A stretch of 64,000 nucleotides of DNA, from contig CAVVUS010000037.1 in NCBI GenBank assembly GCA_963751345.1, positions 32,001 to 96,000 of the forward strand, in the 5' to 3' direction. Source of the DNA: an uncultured Chloroflexia bacterium (GTDB taxonomy: Bacteria; Chloroflexota; Anaerolineae; B4-G1; SLSP01). Position numbers and translations under genes: made by a program. Position 1 is the first letter of the stretch. Each line of letters begins with the position of its first letter. Below, piece by piece: positions 1-11,324 of the stretch. The notes beneath the pieces are model-generated. The model searched no databases. It saw only the letters and a list, made by a program, of their open reading frames with translations, and was not told the DNA's origin.

Positions 1-1
1 C

Positions 2-934
2 GCAATCGCCAACCAGCTCGTCGGTAACCCGCCCGATGCGGCGGGGCTGGAGATCACCCTGACGGGGCCCGTGATGCGATCGCAGAGTGACCGACTGATC
101 GCCGTGTCCGGTGCCGAATTCGTGCTCCGGGTGGACGGACTGACGGTGCCCACCTGGCATGCCATCTTCGTTCGCGCGGGGCAATGGATTCGCTTTGAGA
201 CACGCCGTGCGGGCGCACGGGCTTATCTCGCCGTTGCGGGAGGCATCGACACTCCCCTCTTCCTTGGCTCGAGGTCGACCTATCTCAGGGGCGGCTTCGG
301 CGGGCACTTGGGTCGCGCCCTGCAGCGTGGAGATCGGCTTTCCATTGGTCCAAGCACATGGGCGGCCACCGCCGCGACGCTATTCGATCGTGCGGGCACC
401 GCCTGGCCCACAGCCACGCGTCCCGTCTATGCAAAGCCTCCGACGCTGCAAGTCGTGCTGGGTCCTCAGGATGATCACTTCACGGCAGGAGCCTTGGCGA
501 AGCTGCTGGACAGCCCCTATACTCTGACGTCCGCGGCCGATCGGATGGGCATCCGCCTGGCCGGCCCCAGGTTGGAGCACGCCCGGCGTCCCGATGGGTC
601 ATCCGCAGATGGCATCGTCTCCGACGGCATCGTGACCGGCTGCATCCAGGTCCCGCCGGACGGTCAACCCATCGTGATGATGGTTGACCACCAGACGACG
701 GGTGGCTATCCGAAGATCGCGACGGTCATAGAAGCCGATCTACCTTCGTTGGCGCAGTGTCTGCCCGGTGACGTGGTGAGATTCACGACGGTCGACGTGA
801 AGCGAAGCATAGCAGAGTGCGAAGTGACTGCCGTCGGATATCCGATCCAACGTCACAGTGACTCCTCATCCCGGCCCACCATAGCGCGCACTACCTCGCC
901 CACGTACATCCTGTGGAAGTCACGAGCCGGATAG
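2..934 (+). CDS. pxpC: 5-oxoprolinase subunit C / KipA-like (allophanate hydrolase subunit 2 family), 5'-truncated by window edge
   Basis: Frame open from base 2 (AIANQLVGNPPDAAGLEITLTGP). Motifs GARAYLAVAGG, LGSRSTY, DRMGIRL, IQVPPDGQPIVMMVDHQTTGGYPKIA. The C-terminal overlap with the next gene suggests the true end is earlier (possible indel). Confidence 0.85.
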   Translation, partial: AIANQLVGNPPDAAGLEITLTGPVMRSQSDRLIAVSGAEFVLRVDGLTVPTWHAIFVRAGQWIRFETRRAGARAYLAVAGGIDTPLFLGSRSTYLRGGFGGHLGRALQRGDRLSIGPSTWAATAATLFDRAGTAWPTATRPVYAKPPTLQVVLGPQDDHFTAGALAKLLDSPYTLTSAADRMGIRLAGPRLEHARRPDGSSADGIVSDGIVTGCIQVPPDGQPIVMMVDHQTTGGYPKIATVIEADLPSLAQCLPGDVVRFTTVDVKRSIAECEVTAVGYPIQRHSDSSSRPTIARTTSPTYILWKSRAG

Positions 935-1390
935 TGAGCCTCGACAAGCGCCGGATTGATGAACTTGGCTTCCTCAAGATCCTGGGCGTAGAGCTTACGG
1001 CAGACCAAGACCAGGCGAGCCTGGTCAAAGTAGACGGCACCGGTCGGGTCGACCACAGGCGTGAGCCCGGTCGCCGCCGCCTTATCTCCCTCGCGCCCGG
1101 AGTGGCTGCCACAGTAGTCCAGAATGCCGCGGTGCTCGGAACCGTAGAAGGTCAGGCTGTAGTGGTCGTGCTGCTCCATGAAGCCGAAAGTGTAGCGCTG
1201 CGGGCGCACGAAGCAGAACGCGACCAGGCGTCCCCACAGAATGCCCATCCCACCCCAGCTTGCCGTCATTGTATTGAACCCACCGGCGTCCCCGGCCGTG
1301 ATCAGCATCCACTCTTTGCCGATCAGTCTTGAAGACATTATCGGTCAGTTGCTCGGGATCGATGGTGATAAAGCGTGGCTCAACAGGCAT
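853..1390 (-). CDS. Flavin reductase family protein (frameshift near 1325)
   Basis: MPVEPRFITIDPEQLTDNVFK (ATG at 1390, AGGAGG RBS) joins in another frame to LIGKEWMLITAG...NTMTASWGG...VRPQRYT...GSHSGR...HRMYVGEV. Confidence 0.85.
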
Positions 1391-1412
1391 AGCAGGCCTC
1401 CTTTGCTGGATA

Positions 1413-2354
1413 CTACCTTCTGCTCTCCGTCCGTGACATCCCCAGCCGGCGACCCACCAGGTAGAAAAGCGGGCGCGGGATGAAAGCAGCCACTGATGCC
1501 AGCGTGCGGTAACCCAAGCCCGGCACCGAGATCGGACGATCGCGACGCAGGTCGCGGAGCGAGCCGGCGACCACCACTTCAGGCGACATCCACAGGAAGT
1601 CGGGGATGTTGAGTGCCTCGATGTCCGCGGTGCCCTGAAGCTCAGTCAGGACAAACCCGGGACAAAGCGACTGCGCCCGCACTCCCGTGCCGATCAGTTC
1701 CTGATGCAGCGCCTCGGTGAAAGCCCGCAGGTAGCACTTGGTTCCGGCATAGGTGGAGCTGCCGTACAACGGGTAAAACGCCATCAACGACGATACGTTG
1801 ACCACCGCGCCACGCGCCTGCGCCAGCATCCCGGGCAGCGCAGCCCGCGTCAGGCGGACTACGGTCTCGATGTGAAGCCGGATCATATCCAGGTGGCGGT
1901 TGATGTCGCCCTGGACAAAGGGACCGGCCAGACCAAAGCCGGCGTTGTTGACGAGTAGACTGAGGTTATCAGTCGCGGCGATGACCTGCTCGGTCAAAGT
2001 AACGCCGGCCTCCGTTGCCAAGTCTGCCTGCACCACGGTGGCCTTGATGCCGTAGGCCTCCGACAACTCCGAGGCCAATGCCTCCAGCCGCTCGCGACGC
2101 CGTGCAACGAGGATCACATCGTAGCCCAGCCCGGCCAGCTCGGTCGCATAGGCCAGGCCAATGCCGCTGGACGCCCCTGTGATCAGGGCTGACAGAGCCT
2201 GGGCAGTCGGAGCTTCTGAGGGTCGGAGGACGGGCGAGGTGCGGCGCGCCTGCGCGCGGCGCCACCAGCTCAGTCCCGCGAGAGCGCCGGCGATGAGCCC
2301 GGCCCCTAACCCCAGCCATTGCTCATGATCGCCGCAGCATTGTTGTTCGGTCAC
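1413..2354 (-). CDS. Short-chain dehydrogenase/reductase with N-terminal membrane anchor
   Basis: TGASSGIG, NNAGFG and YAGTK motifs. GTG at 2354 follows an AGGGAGAG RBS. Confidence 0.9.
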   Translation of the reverse strand: MTEQQCCGDHEQWLGLGAGLIAGALAGLSWWRRAQARRTSPVLRPSEAPTAQALSALITGASSGIGLAYATELAGLGYDVILVARRRERLEALASELSEAYGIKATVVQADLATEAGVTLTEQVIAATDNLSLLVNNAGFGLAGPFVQGDINRHLDMIRLHIETVVRLTRAALPGMLAQARGAVVNVSSLMAFYPLYGSSTYAGTKCYLRAFTEALHQELIGTGVRAQSLCPGFVLTELQGTADIEALNIPDFLWMSPEVVVAGSLRDLRRDRPISVPGLGYRTLASVAAFIPRPLFYLVGRRLGMSRTESRR

Positions 2355-2559
2355 GTATCTCTCCCTTGTTCGCGAGTTCTTCACCGGGTAGGCCCCGTCG
2401 CGATATCGCGCCATTATAACGCGGAACGGGCCAAACAAGAGTTACAGGTGTTTGGCGAGATACGCCTCACAGAAATCACGTGGATGGATATCCCGCAAGC
2501 TCAAGAGTGCGTTGGCAAACACGTGGACTTGGTGCAGCTCCGCCACCGAGTGAATGCGG

Positions 2560-3928
2560 TCAATGACCATCTTCTACTTTTCGTACGACGCTCAGCGCCA
2601 GATCTTCCATGAAGAGCGGAGTCCCGACCCTCTTGCCCCCACCCGGATGCTGCGCTACGACCTCGGTGCGGAGAATCCGACCATCGGCGGGATTGATCCA
2701 CGTTAACTCGTAGCTCCCGGCAGGGCAGGGCCACGGTGAGGTCGATCCGCGATCCCTCTCCCCAGAGGTAAATGGCGTACTGCTTACCGGGCTCTGCGAG
2801 CGCCGCAGCATGAAGGCCGGGATTGTTCCACCGCAGCACCGCATCCGGGCAGGGAGCCATGGGGACCAGGTCAAAGCCATCGAGGAAGCGCTTCAGCACA
2901 CCGAGCTGTGCGCGCCACGCAGGGCCACCGTGACCCGGTGTCTCGTCGACGATGGATGCCGTCCCATCAGGGTGATCGACCGAGAACGTGTAATCCAGGT
3001 GGCTGAAGATCCCACCGCCGCTCAGCATAAAGGCCCAGGCCTCCATCCGGTAGGGCGAATCGGTCGAGCCCTTGAAGCCGGTCTCATCGTCCGAGACCAC
3101 CCGGTCCAGGTGATAGTTCCACGCGACCGCTTCGGGCATGGCATAGTGGAAATTGAGGATCGAGACGTCGGGGTGCGGGTTCCGAATACGCCGGACGTGA
3201 TTCTGGTAGTTGATGGCGATCAGGTGCCGGTTGGGCAGCGCCTTCTCTGCCTCGGCGAGCACGTCGACGAGGTGGTGCTGCCAGTCGAGGAAGACGCCGC
3301 CGTCGTGAAACGAGTAGATCTCGTTGGCGATCTCGTAATAGACGTTATCGAAGCGCGTTGAGCTCTTCCGCGACCTTGCGGGTAAACGCCTCTTGATAGG
3401 CGAGCAGCTTGGGGTTGTCGAGGCTGAAAATGCCATTGCGGTCCTCGATGGTCAGCCCATTTACGTTGTTGCCGGGGTGCATCGGGCTGGCGCGCCACAG
3501 CTCATCGGTGTACATAAAGCAGAAGAGCACGTACTCCACCACGATGCCGCGCGTGCCCGCCTCTGTGACGAAGTCGCGCAGACGCTGCCAATAGGCATCG
3601 TCCCATTGTCCCAGATCCCACTTCACGGGTTCCCCGTCCGGCCCCCGCTCGACACAGCGCCAAGGGCAGACGAAGCGCTCGGGCGCTTGGGGCCATCGTG
3701 TTGTTCTGGATGAGATGGCTGCCCGGCAGCTCGCGGTACGTACCGCTGAAGAGTCGCGTCAGGTTGAAGCCGCCCTTGGCGAGCGCATCGAAGTAACTTA
3801 GGTAGTCGAAGTCCAGATTCATCACGCCGCCGTAATGCTCGCCGGACGTGATCAGAACCGTCGGCTTCATCGCGAAACAGCAGGTAATGCGGGTTTCCCG
3901 GGTGCAGAGAAAGAACTGAAGAGGGCAT
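2560..3928 (-). CDS. Putative TIM-barrel glycoside hydrolase (GH5/DUF4038-like) with C-terminal beta-sandwich; about 4 frameshifts
   Basis: Fragments in successive frames: LHPGNPHYLLFR / LITSGEHYG..NLTRLF / KWDLGQWDDAYWQRLRDFV / NVYYEIANE..DDETGF..FSHLDY / YELTWINPADG. AGGAGG RBS before 3928. Confidence 0.65.
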
Positions 3929-4135
3929 CCATACCTCCTGGTAATCTAGGCGAGAGCTTAGTAGACCATTAGGGCTTCAACAATCCTGTAATCTATTCAA
4001 GGATGACCTGTGTCCCATACGGATCGCTAGATGCAACAGTGCCTCCAATCAAGGTGATTGTACTCGGTGATACCCGGTCTGTGAAGTAATGAACTGGAGG
4101 GTTCTCAACCATGAACCATTGTGTGTTCAGCCACA

Positions 4136-5135
4136 CTATGGCGTTCCCATAGTGTAGATCGACAACGTTCCTTGGGAGGGCTGATCGGTTAGGGCAATCT
4201 GATACGGCCCCGGCGGAAGGAGTTCCTCAAACTGGGAGCGATCCCTGGTCGCCGTATAGCCCTCGGCATGGATCAACAGATGGTCGTAGCCATCTGGGCC
4301 GAGGAGCCGAACGTCGAAGTAATCGGAGTCGATATCCTGGACAAGCAGATAGATGCCGACACGGGTCGGCCTGTCGAGTGCGAAAGCATATGCAGCAGAC
4401 CGAGTCAGCGCGCCCTGTGACAGATCGATGGTCGCAACCTGTTCGTAGCCCTGGGGTGGCTGAAACGGATCGGCCCTGGGCGCCGCCAACCGGAAGCCGT
4501 TGGCACCGAAAGCTACGAGTCCACAAAGCGCGAAAACACCCGCGATCATGCCCAAGGTCTTGCGCACGCCTGGCGTGATGATATCCCGATCGACTTTGCG
4601 ATAGAGCTCAACCTCATGCCGGATACCCTCAATCTTCGCAAGATAAAGCCGCCAGCCACCGAGGTAGATCAGCAGGGCTGCACCCACGACCCACAGGGGG
4701 TGCAGCCCTGTGTTTCTGAGGAAATTGGTGACGTCATCGCCGGGTGCCTGTCCGCCCAAATACACCAAGGGCAGTACGACCCATGCCAGGAGCGTGTTCA
4801 GGAAGACCAGTGTGCCGGTCGTCTTGACCGTCTCAAGGGCGAAATTCGCCCGTTTGGGGACGACCAACATGAAACCAAACCACACCAACAGCGGCAAGGC
4901 CACCCCGGCGACGTTATTGGCGACGGTCTCTGCAGGCGTAAGGTCACCGACCATGCCAACATGGGCGCCAAGATCCAGGAAGCTCACACTGAAACCCGTG
5001 ATCGTGGCACCTGAGGCCAAGCCGACCAGGGCGTGCCCACCCTCGTGCAGAAACGTGTATGTAAAGACGACAAACACCGCCACGAACAACAGAAGTAGCA
5101 CCTTCTGTACCTGTGACTGGACTCGATGAGGTCAT
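4136..5135 (-). CDS. M50-family membrane metalloprotease with C-terminal soluble domain (probable frameshift near start)
   Basis: HEGGH zinc motif in a TM helix, several TM segments and a GDD motif. ATG at 5135 with GAAAGGA RBS is out of frame with ORF 4136-5101. Confidence 0.75.
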
Positions 5136-5310
5136 GGATTAGTCCTTTCCACGCTCACAAGAATGCGCACATTATACACGCCGACTTGCACTTCTGAGGT
5201 CGGTCCGCCGAGACGGTGGTGCCTCCCCCGGATTTGACCGGTGCAGTCGTGGCGCTATGCTTGTACGCGAAAGTCGATCTGTCAATAGACCAAGCTCAGG
5301 AGATCTGCAT

Positions 5311-7062
5311 ATGCCAGACACACCCAGACCCGAGTACCCGCGTCCGCAGTTCGTGCGCGATGAATGGATCAACCTCAACGGCCCGTGGGACTACGCCTTC
5401 GACTTCGGCAAGTCGGGGCGGGAGCGCAGCTTTCAAACCCGATCGAACTTCGCGGACCTGCCCGACAGCGGCACGATTACCGTGCCCTTCTGCCCCGAGA
5501 GCAAGCTCTCCGGGGTGGCACACACCGACTTCATCGAGATGATGTGGTACCACCGCAAGCTCGCGGTGCCCGCTACGTGGGCCGGAAAACGCGTCGTGCT
5601 CCACTTCGGCGGCGTTGACTACGAGTGCGAGGTCTTCATCGATGGCGTATCCGTCGGTCGTCATTGGGGCGGCACGGTGGCCTTCGCCTTCGACGTCACT
5701 GCGAATGTCACGCCCGGTCAGACCCACGACCTGGTCGTCTACGTGCGCGACGAGGTCCGCTCGCGCGTTCAGCCCGGCGGCAAGCAGTGCCATGCCTACC
5801 GCTCCTATGGCTGTCTCTATACCCGTACGACCGGGATCTGGCAGACGGTGTGGATGGAGGCGGTGCCGGAGTTCGGCCTCAGGGATGTTCAGATCATTCC
5901 GGACCTAGACAACGCGAGTTTCGTCGTCGTGCCCACGTTCTTCGCCGAGAAGCAGGGCCTGAAGCTCCGCGCGACGGTGCTGGCCGATGGCGAGGTGGTC
6001 GACCAGCGGACGCTGGCTGCCGGCAGCGGCCTGCCCTATGTACTTCCTGTAGGGAACCCGCGACCGTGGTCTCCTGCCGATCCCTTCCTCTACGATCTCG
6101 TCTTCGAGGTCGTCGACGGCGATGCCGTTCTCGACCGCGTCGGGAGCTATGCGGGCTTGCGCAAGATCCACATCGAGGGCAACCACGTCTACCTCAACAA
6201 CCAGTCCTTCTACCTGCGCCTGGTGCTCGATCAAGGTTTCTACCCCGACGGCATCTGGACCGCTCCCACCGACGAGGCGCTCAAGCACGATATCGAGCTG
6301 TCGATGGCGGCAGGCTTCAACGGTGCCCGCCTGCACCAGAAGGTCTTCGAGCCGCGCTTCCACTACTGGGCGGACAAACTGGGTTACCTGACCTGGGGCG
6401 AGTCGTCGAGCTGGGGGATGGACATCACGGACGAGGTCAGCGCGCGCAACTTCCTGGCGGAGTGGCGCGAGATCGTGACACGGGATCGAAATCACCCGTC
6501 GATCATCGCCTGGACCCCTTTCAACGAAACACGGGGCGGGGCCGGCAATCCCCAACACGCGCGGCTGCACATCGATGCTTACGAGCTCTGTCACGACCTG
6601 GATCCCACCCGGCCCGTCAACGACGCCAGCGGCTACGTCCACGTCAGAACGGATCTGTGGACCGTACACACCTACAACCAGAATCCCGACGCGCTGCGCG
6701 ATCAGCTCAGGCCTGACGCGGAGACCGGCGTCTGGCGCAACTACCCGGATTTCGAGGTGCCCTATTCCGGACAGCCCTACATCGTCGACGAATTCGGTGG
6801 CATCAAGTGGATTCCCAAAGCCGAGCTCGTCTTCGCCGAGGACTCGTGGGGCTATGGCGAGGATCCCAAGACACTGGAGGAGTTCTACGCGCGCCTCGAG
6901 GGGCTGGTCGACGCTGTCCTAAGCTACGATCATATCTGCGGCTACTGCTACACTCAGTTGACAGACATCGAGCAGGAACAGAACGGAGTCTACAACTACG
7001 ACCGCTCTGAGAAGTTTGATATGAAACGCATCTCTGCTGCGTTCCGAAGGCAGAAAGAGTAG
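5311..7062 (+). CDS. Glycoside hydrolase family 2 (beta-galactosidase/glucuronidase-like)
   Basis: PRPEYPRPQFVR, LHFGGVDY, GIWQTVWME, LDQGFYPDG, NHPSIIAWTPFNE (acid/base), VDEFGG (nucleophile), YTQLTDIEQEQNG. AGGAG RBS. Confidence 0.92.
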   Translation: MPDTPRPEYPRPQFVRDEWINLNGPWDYAFDFGKSGRERSFQTRSNFADLPDSGTITVPFCPESKLSGVAHTDFIEMMWYHRKLAVPATWAGKRVVLHFGGVDYECEVFIDGVSVGRHWGGTVAFAFDVTANVTPGQTHDLVVYVRDEVRSRVQPGGKQCHAYRSYGCLYTRTTGIWQTVWMEAVPEFGLRDVQIIPDLDNASFVVVPTFFAEKQGLKLRATVLADGEVVDQRTLAAGSGLPYVLPVGNPRPWSPADPFLYDLVFEVVDGDAVLDRVGSYAGLRKIHIEGNHVYLNNQSFYLRLVLDQGFYPDGIWTAPTDEALKHDIELSMAAGFNGARLHQKVFEPRFHYWADKLGYLTWGESSSWGMDITDEVSARNFLAEWREIVTRDRNHPSIIAWTPFNETRGGAGNPQHARLHIDAYELCHDLDPTRPVNDASGYVHVRTDLWTVHTYNQNPDALRDQLRPDAETGVWRNYPDFEVPYSGQPYIVDEFGGIKWIPKAELVFAEDSWGYGEDPKTLEEFYARLEGLVDAVLSYDHICGYCYTQLTDIEQEQNGVYNYDRSEKFDMKRISAAFRRQKE

Positions 7063-7072
7063 GGAGCGAGCG

Positions 7073-7109
7073 ACCGGGGGCTGGGGCAAGTCCTGCCCCA
7101 GCCCCCGGT
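7073..7109. terminator. Hairpin between convergent genes
   Basis: Perfect 16-bp stem accgggggctggggca / tgccccagcccccggt with a 5-nt loop. Confidence 0.7.
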
Positions 7110-7127
7110 TCCGAGTCAGTGACGGTC

Positions 7128-8138
7128 CTACGGCAACATCGCGCCGATCACGGCGAGCTGCTGCCTCATAGCCTCCAGCCGCCGCGAGACCACGCTCAAC
7201 ATCGCCTCAGCCACATCCTCGTGGGCCCGGGGGCTTTCCAACCTGACCTTCTCGACCCATTCGGCTGGCAACGCCCCAACGCCTCGATATGCACCGGCTA
7301 AGGCGCCGGCCATCGAGGCGATCGTGTCGGCGTCCCGTCCGAAGTTCGCGCCGTAGAAAATCGCCCGCTGCGGATCCCCTCCCGCGAGGTAGAACAACGA
7401 CAGCGCCACCGGGACGGTTTCGCGCGCATCTGGGATGGCGATTTCGGGCAGAATCCGCTCTGCGTAATAGGTGGCCCGGAATGCGGCATAGTCCGCAGTT
7501 TCCCTTGCCAACGCCAGCGTTGCCGCGATATAGTGGCGCATCACGTGCGCGCTACGGGGCGGCAGGTAGAGTGATGCCGCATCGAGCACCGAGTCCACAG
7601 TCGCCTGTGGATGTAGCGCCGCTGCGACGGCAGCCGCCATCGCGCAGGCTGCGTCACGGGAGAAGTTGTGGTGGATCAACGAGGCCACCTCGAATGTCTC
7701 CAGAGCCGCCTGACGTGGATTGCCTGCGTTGATAATACCCATCGGCGAGATACACATAGCCGAACTGCTGCTAGCCATATTGCCCCGCCCGGCCTCCCGG
7801 GGTGCGACGTTCTCGGCCCGGATCTTCCAGAAGCCATTCATCACCGGAATCCAGAAGAGATGGCGCTTGATGAACATATCCTGCTGAGCCAACCACTCAT
7901 CCGCCCAGATGTCCGCAGTGGGATAGCCCTCGCCGCGCACGATAGCGTCACAGAGAATGTGTTTGAGTGCCGAATCATCGGTACCATAGCCGGAAAAATC
8001 GGTGATCTCGCCAAAGAGCTCCTCGATCTGCTGATACGTCTTCCCCTCCGCGGGTGCACCCATAGCGTCTCCAATCTCCCCACCATAGAGACACCCCAAG
8101 ACATGTTCGTAGAGCGCGCGTTTCGATAGCGACATCAT
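7128..8138 (-). CDS. ADP-ribosylglycohydrolase family protein
   Basis: GDAMGAPAE, GTDDS and GRDADTIASMAGALAGA motifs. Confidence 0.9.
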   Translation of the reverse strand: MMSLSKRALYEHVLGCLYGGEIGDAMGAPAEGKTYQQIEELFGEITDFSGYGTDDSALKHILCDAIVRGEGYPTADIWADEWLAQQDMFIKRHLFWIPVMNGFWKIRAENVAPREAGRGNMASSSSAMCISPMGIINAGNPRQAALETFEVASLIHHNFSRDAACAMAAAVAAALHPQATVDSVLDAASLYLPPRSAHVMRHYIAATLALARETADYAAFRATYYAERILPEIAIPDARETVPVALSLFYLAGGDPQRAIFYGANFGRDADTIASMAGALAGAYRGVGALPAEWVEKVRLESPRAHEDVAEAMLSVVSRRLEAMRQQLAVIGAMLP

Positions 8139-8326
8139 CACCTCCTGCCTTGCGGCGGATCAATCTGCTCTCTGAGCTCGGGCCTGAGTATAGACAAGAA
8201 ATGGGCATGGTGCCAGGCAGTACCTGGGTACGATTGCCAATTCGGCGCCCAGGTGTACAAACGAACTCGTCCTCGGTCGCTGATCGCGGACACGAACGAA
8301 GGAAAATCGCCCTGGGAGATGGGAAT

Positions 8327-9160
8327 ATGCACTTTGACGCACACCAACACTTCTGGCACTACTCAGCGGACGCATACCAATGGATCACGTCGGGGATCTT
8401 GGCGCAGGACTACCTGCCCGTAGATCTCAAGCCGCTGCTCGACGCGGCCGGGTTTGATGGCACCGTCGCAGTTCAGGCGCGATCGACCTGGGAAGAAACG
8501 CGATGGCTATTGACCTTGGCGGAGCGCAATCCCTGGATCGTGGGCGTGGTAGGATGGGCCGACCTCTGCGCGCCGGATCTCGCGGAGCAGTTGGAATACT
8601 TTGCGACGTATCCGGCATTCTGCGGCGTGCGTTGCGATATTGAAACCGAGCCGGGCTCGACGGAGATGCCCTGTCCTAACTTTCTGCAGGGCATGGAAGT
8701 CCTCACGGCCTCAGACCTAACCTTCGACCTCTTGATCCGTCAGGACCAACTCCGACTGGCCTGCCGGCTGGCCGAGTCAGCCCCGGAGCAGCGGCTGATC
8801 CTGGACCACATCGCCAAGCCACCGATTGCAGAACAGGTCATGGAGCCGTGGGCCACCGAGATCCGCGACCTGGCCGCCAATCCGAACGTCGCCTGCAAGG
8901 TCTCGGGCATGGTCACGGAAGCAAGCCGCGGCGGCCTTCACCCCGCGGACTTCCGACCTTACCTGGACGTCGTTTTCGATGCCTTTGGCCCCGAACGCTT
9001 GATGATCGGTTCCGACTGGCCGGTCTGCCTTCAGGCCGCGTCGTACGACACGACGATGCAGATCGTCGCTACCTACATCACCTCTCTGGCGGACGATGCA
9101 CAGGCGGCCGTTCTCGGAGGCACGGCCATCGAATGGTACAAGCTGGCCGTGGACGTCTAA
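8327..9160 (+). CDS. Amidohydrolase_2 family sugar lactonase (L-fuconolactonase-like)
   Basis: DAHQHFW, VAVQA, GVVGW, ILDHIAKP, CKVSG and RLMIGSDWPV motifs. Confidence 0.88.
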   Translation: MHFDAHQHFWHYSADAYQWITSGILAQDYLPVDLKPLLDAAGFDGTVAVQARSTWEETRWLLTLAERNPWIVGVVGWADLCAPDLAEQLEYFATYPAFCGVRCDIETEPGSTEMPCPNFLQGMEVLTASDLTFDLLIRQDQLRLACRLAESAPEQRLILDHIAKPPIAEQVMEPWATEIRDLAANPNVACKVSGMVTEASRGGLHPADFRPYLDVVFDAFGPERLMIGSDWPVCLQAASYDTTMQIVATYITSLADDAQAAVLGGTAIEWYKLAVDV

Positions 9161-9163
9161 TCT

Positions 9164-10127
9164 ATGGAGCCCACCACGTCGCAGAATGATCTACCCAGGG
9201 TCCCCAAGGTAGCCCTGGGGCGCACCGGGATCGTCACTACCAAGCTTGGGCTCGGCACAGCGACCTGGCCCCATCAAGTGTCGTTTGAACAGACTATGGA
9301 GATGCTGCAGACGGCGCTCGACACGGGCATCCGGCACATCGACTGTGCGCCGCTCTACGGGACCGAGGTTATCATCGGGCAAGCGCTGCAGGAGATCGAC
9401 CTCCCTGACGATATCGTCATCGTCACCAAGGCAGGTTCGTATGCCGACCCGGAGCTCGGTATCCATTATACGGGCTACCGTGCCGGACAGATTCGCCGGT
9501 CGGTGGAGCGCAGCCTCAAACGCTTTGGCAGGGAGTTCCTCCACATTGTACACATTCACGACGTGGACACAGAGCACCTGGGACAGGTGTTGGGCAAAGG
9601 CGGCGCCCTGGAAGCACTGGTTGATCTCAAGAGCCAGGGCGTCATCGGCGCCATCGGTATGGGCACTATGGGGTTCGACTGCCTGCAGGCTGCCGTGGAC
9701 AGTGGCGCCGTCGACATCATCCAGGTTTTCCACACGTATACGCTGCTAAACCAGTCGGCAGCTAGCGAACTCTTCCCCTCGGCGCTGAAGAAGAACGTGT
9801 CGATCTTCAACTCTGCGCCCTACGCGGGCTACATCCTGGCCACGGGGGCGACGCCGGATGCGCGCTACAACTACGCGCCGGCTCCCCAAGGCGTGATCGA
9901 GGCCACACGCCGGATCGAAACCGTGCTGGCAACAAAGGGCGTGGACCTGCCTACGGCCGCCCTCGCCTTCTCGCTCCGCAACCCGGATATCGCCGTGACC
10001 ATACCTGCGTCCGGCATGCCCCAGCACGTTGCCCAGTGGGTCGCGGCGATGGAGACACACCCTGACCGATGCCGACTGGGAGGAGATCCTGGCTGCTGCG
10101 GGTGGCCAATACCCGCTGCGGCACTGA
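9164..10127 (+). CDS. Aldo/keto reductase (sugar dehydrogenase-like); frameshift near 10060
   Basis: LGRTG..LGLGT, IDCAPLYG, TKAG, SLKRF..HIHD. The shifted frame gives a typical end, LTDADWEEI...YPLRH*. Confidence 0.85.
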
Positions 10128-10163
10128 CGATCACTCCTCCCCTGAGCTGAAAGGAGCCAAACG

Positions 10164-11324
10164 ATGAGGATCACGTCCCTGGAGACGCTCTGTCTATCCC
10201 GAATGCACGAGCCCGAGCGCCAGTGGGTCACCTCGCGCTACCGGACGGTCAAGGCCGACTGCGCTATCGTCCTCATCCACACGGACGAGGGTGTCACAGG
10301 TATCGGGGAAGCCAGTGCCTACGGATGGCCGCTGATGATCCGCGACTGGGTGAGTTGGCTGGAGCCGGAACTGGTCGGCAAGGATCCGCAGGATATGAGC
10401 ATCGCACCGCCGCCCAACGGCAGCGGGCGAGCGCACGATGCAGCCGTCGGCGGTATCGACTGCGCGCTCTGGGACCTCCGAGGCAAGATCGCGGGCAAGC
10501 GCGTCAGTGAACTGCTGAGTGACACTTCCCTGGACAGGGTGCGAGTCTACGCCTCCAGCGGCTGCAGGTACGATTGGCGGGATCGCCCGGAGCAGCTCAT
10601 CGAGGAGGCCGTGGGCTACATCGAGCAGGGCTTCACCGCGATGAAGTTCCGCATTGGAACCGAATGGGAATGGGACGGCGTGACGGTCGATCGGTTCCTC
10701 GGGCTGGTGCGGGAGCTGGCACAGGAGGTCGACGGCAGGATGGACCTGATGCTCGACGGTAACTGCCGCCTGACCGAGGACCAGTCGATGGCCGTGGCGA
10801 TGGAACTGGATCGGCTCGATTTCGCCTGGTTCGAGGAACCGATGCCGCGCGACCTGATCGATGCCCACACTCGCCTGGCAGCCGCAGTCGAGATGCCGAT
10901 CTCCGGCGGTGAGGTCTTCACCACGCTTTCCCAGTTCCGGCCATACCTCGATGCCCGCGCCTACGATATCGTACAGCCCGACGCCGCGCTCTGCGGCCTC
11001 ACCGAGGCGATGCGCATCGCGCGGGTGGCCCACCGCTACGGCGTGCCCACCGCACCCCATAGTTGGCACAACGGCCTGATGGCGATGGCGCACGCGCACT
11101 TCATCGCGGCGCTGCCCACCCCACTGATGCTCGAGGTCTGCCAGATCCAGGGACCGCTCCAATGGGCGATCCTGGCCGAGAAGCCGAAGATCGAGGACGG
11201 CTACCTGATCTTGCCCGAGGGTCCCGGCTTCGGCGTCTCGCTGGCGGACGATCTGGAGGCAACGTTCCCCTATATCGAGGGACATTACGCCGTGCAGGTA
11301 CAACGGCAAGGGATAGGTCAATAA
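10164..11324 (+). CDS. Mandelate racemase/muconate lactonizing enzyme family (probable acid-sugar dehydratase)
   Basis: TDEGVTGIGEA, IDCALWDLRGK, KFRIG, LDGN, WFEEP, GGE, VQPD, APH and PGFGV motifs. Confidence 0.9.
   Translation: MRITSLETLCLSRMHEPERQWVTSRYRTVKADCAIVLIHTDEGVTGIGEASAYGWPLMIRDWVSWLEPELVGKDPQDMSIAPPPNGSGRAHDAAVGGIDCALWDLRGKIAGKRVSELLSDTSLDRVRVYASSGCRYDWRDRPEQLIEEAVGYIEQGFTAMKFRIGTEWEWDGVTVDRFLGLVRELAQEVDGRMDLMLDGNCRLTEDQSMAVAMELDRLDFAWFEEPMPRDLIDAHTRLAAAVEMPISGGEVFTTLSQFRPYLDARAYDIVQPDAALCGLTEAMRIARVAHRYGVPTAPHSWHNGLMAMAHAHFIAALPTPLMLEVCQIQGPLQWAILAEKPKIEDGYLILPEGPGFGVSLADDLEATFPYIEGHYAVQVQRQGIGQ

Noticed and set aside
3929-4135. AT-richer intergenic segment as a possible sRNA
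   Set aside because: No convincing stem or known motif; consistent with a plain promoter region.
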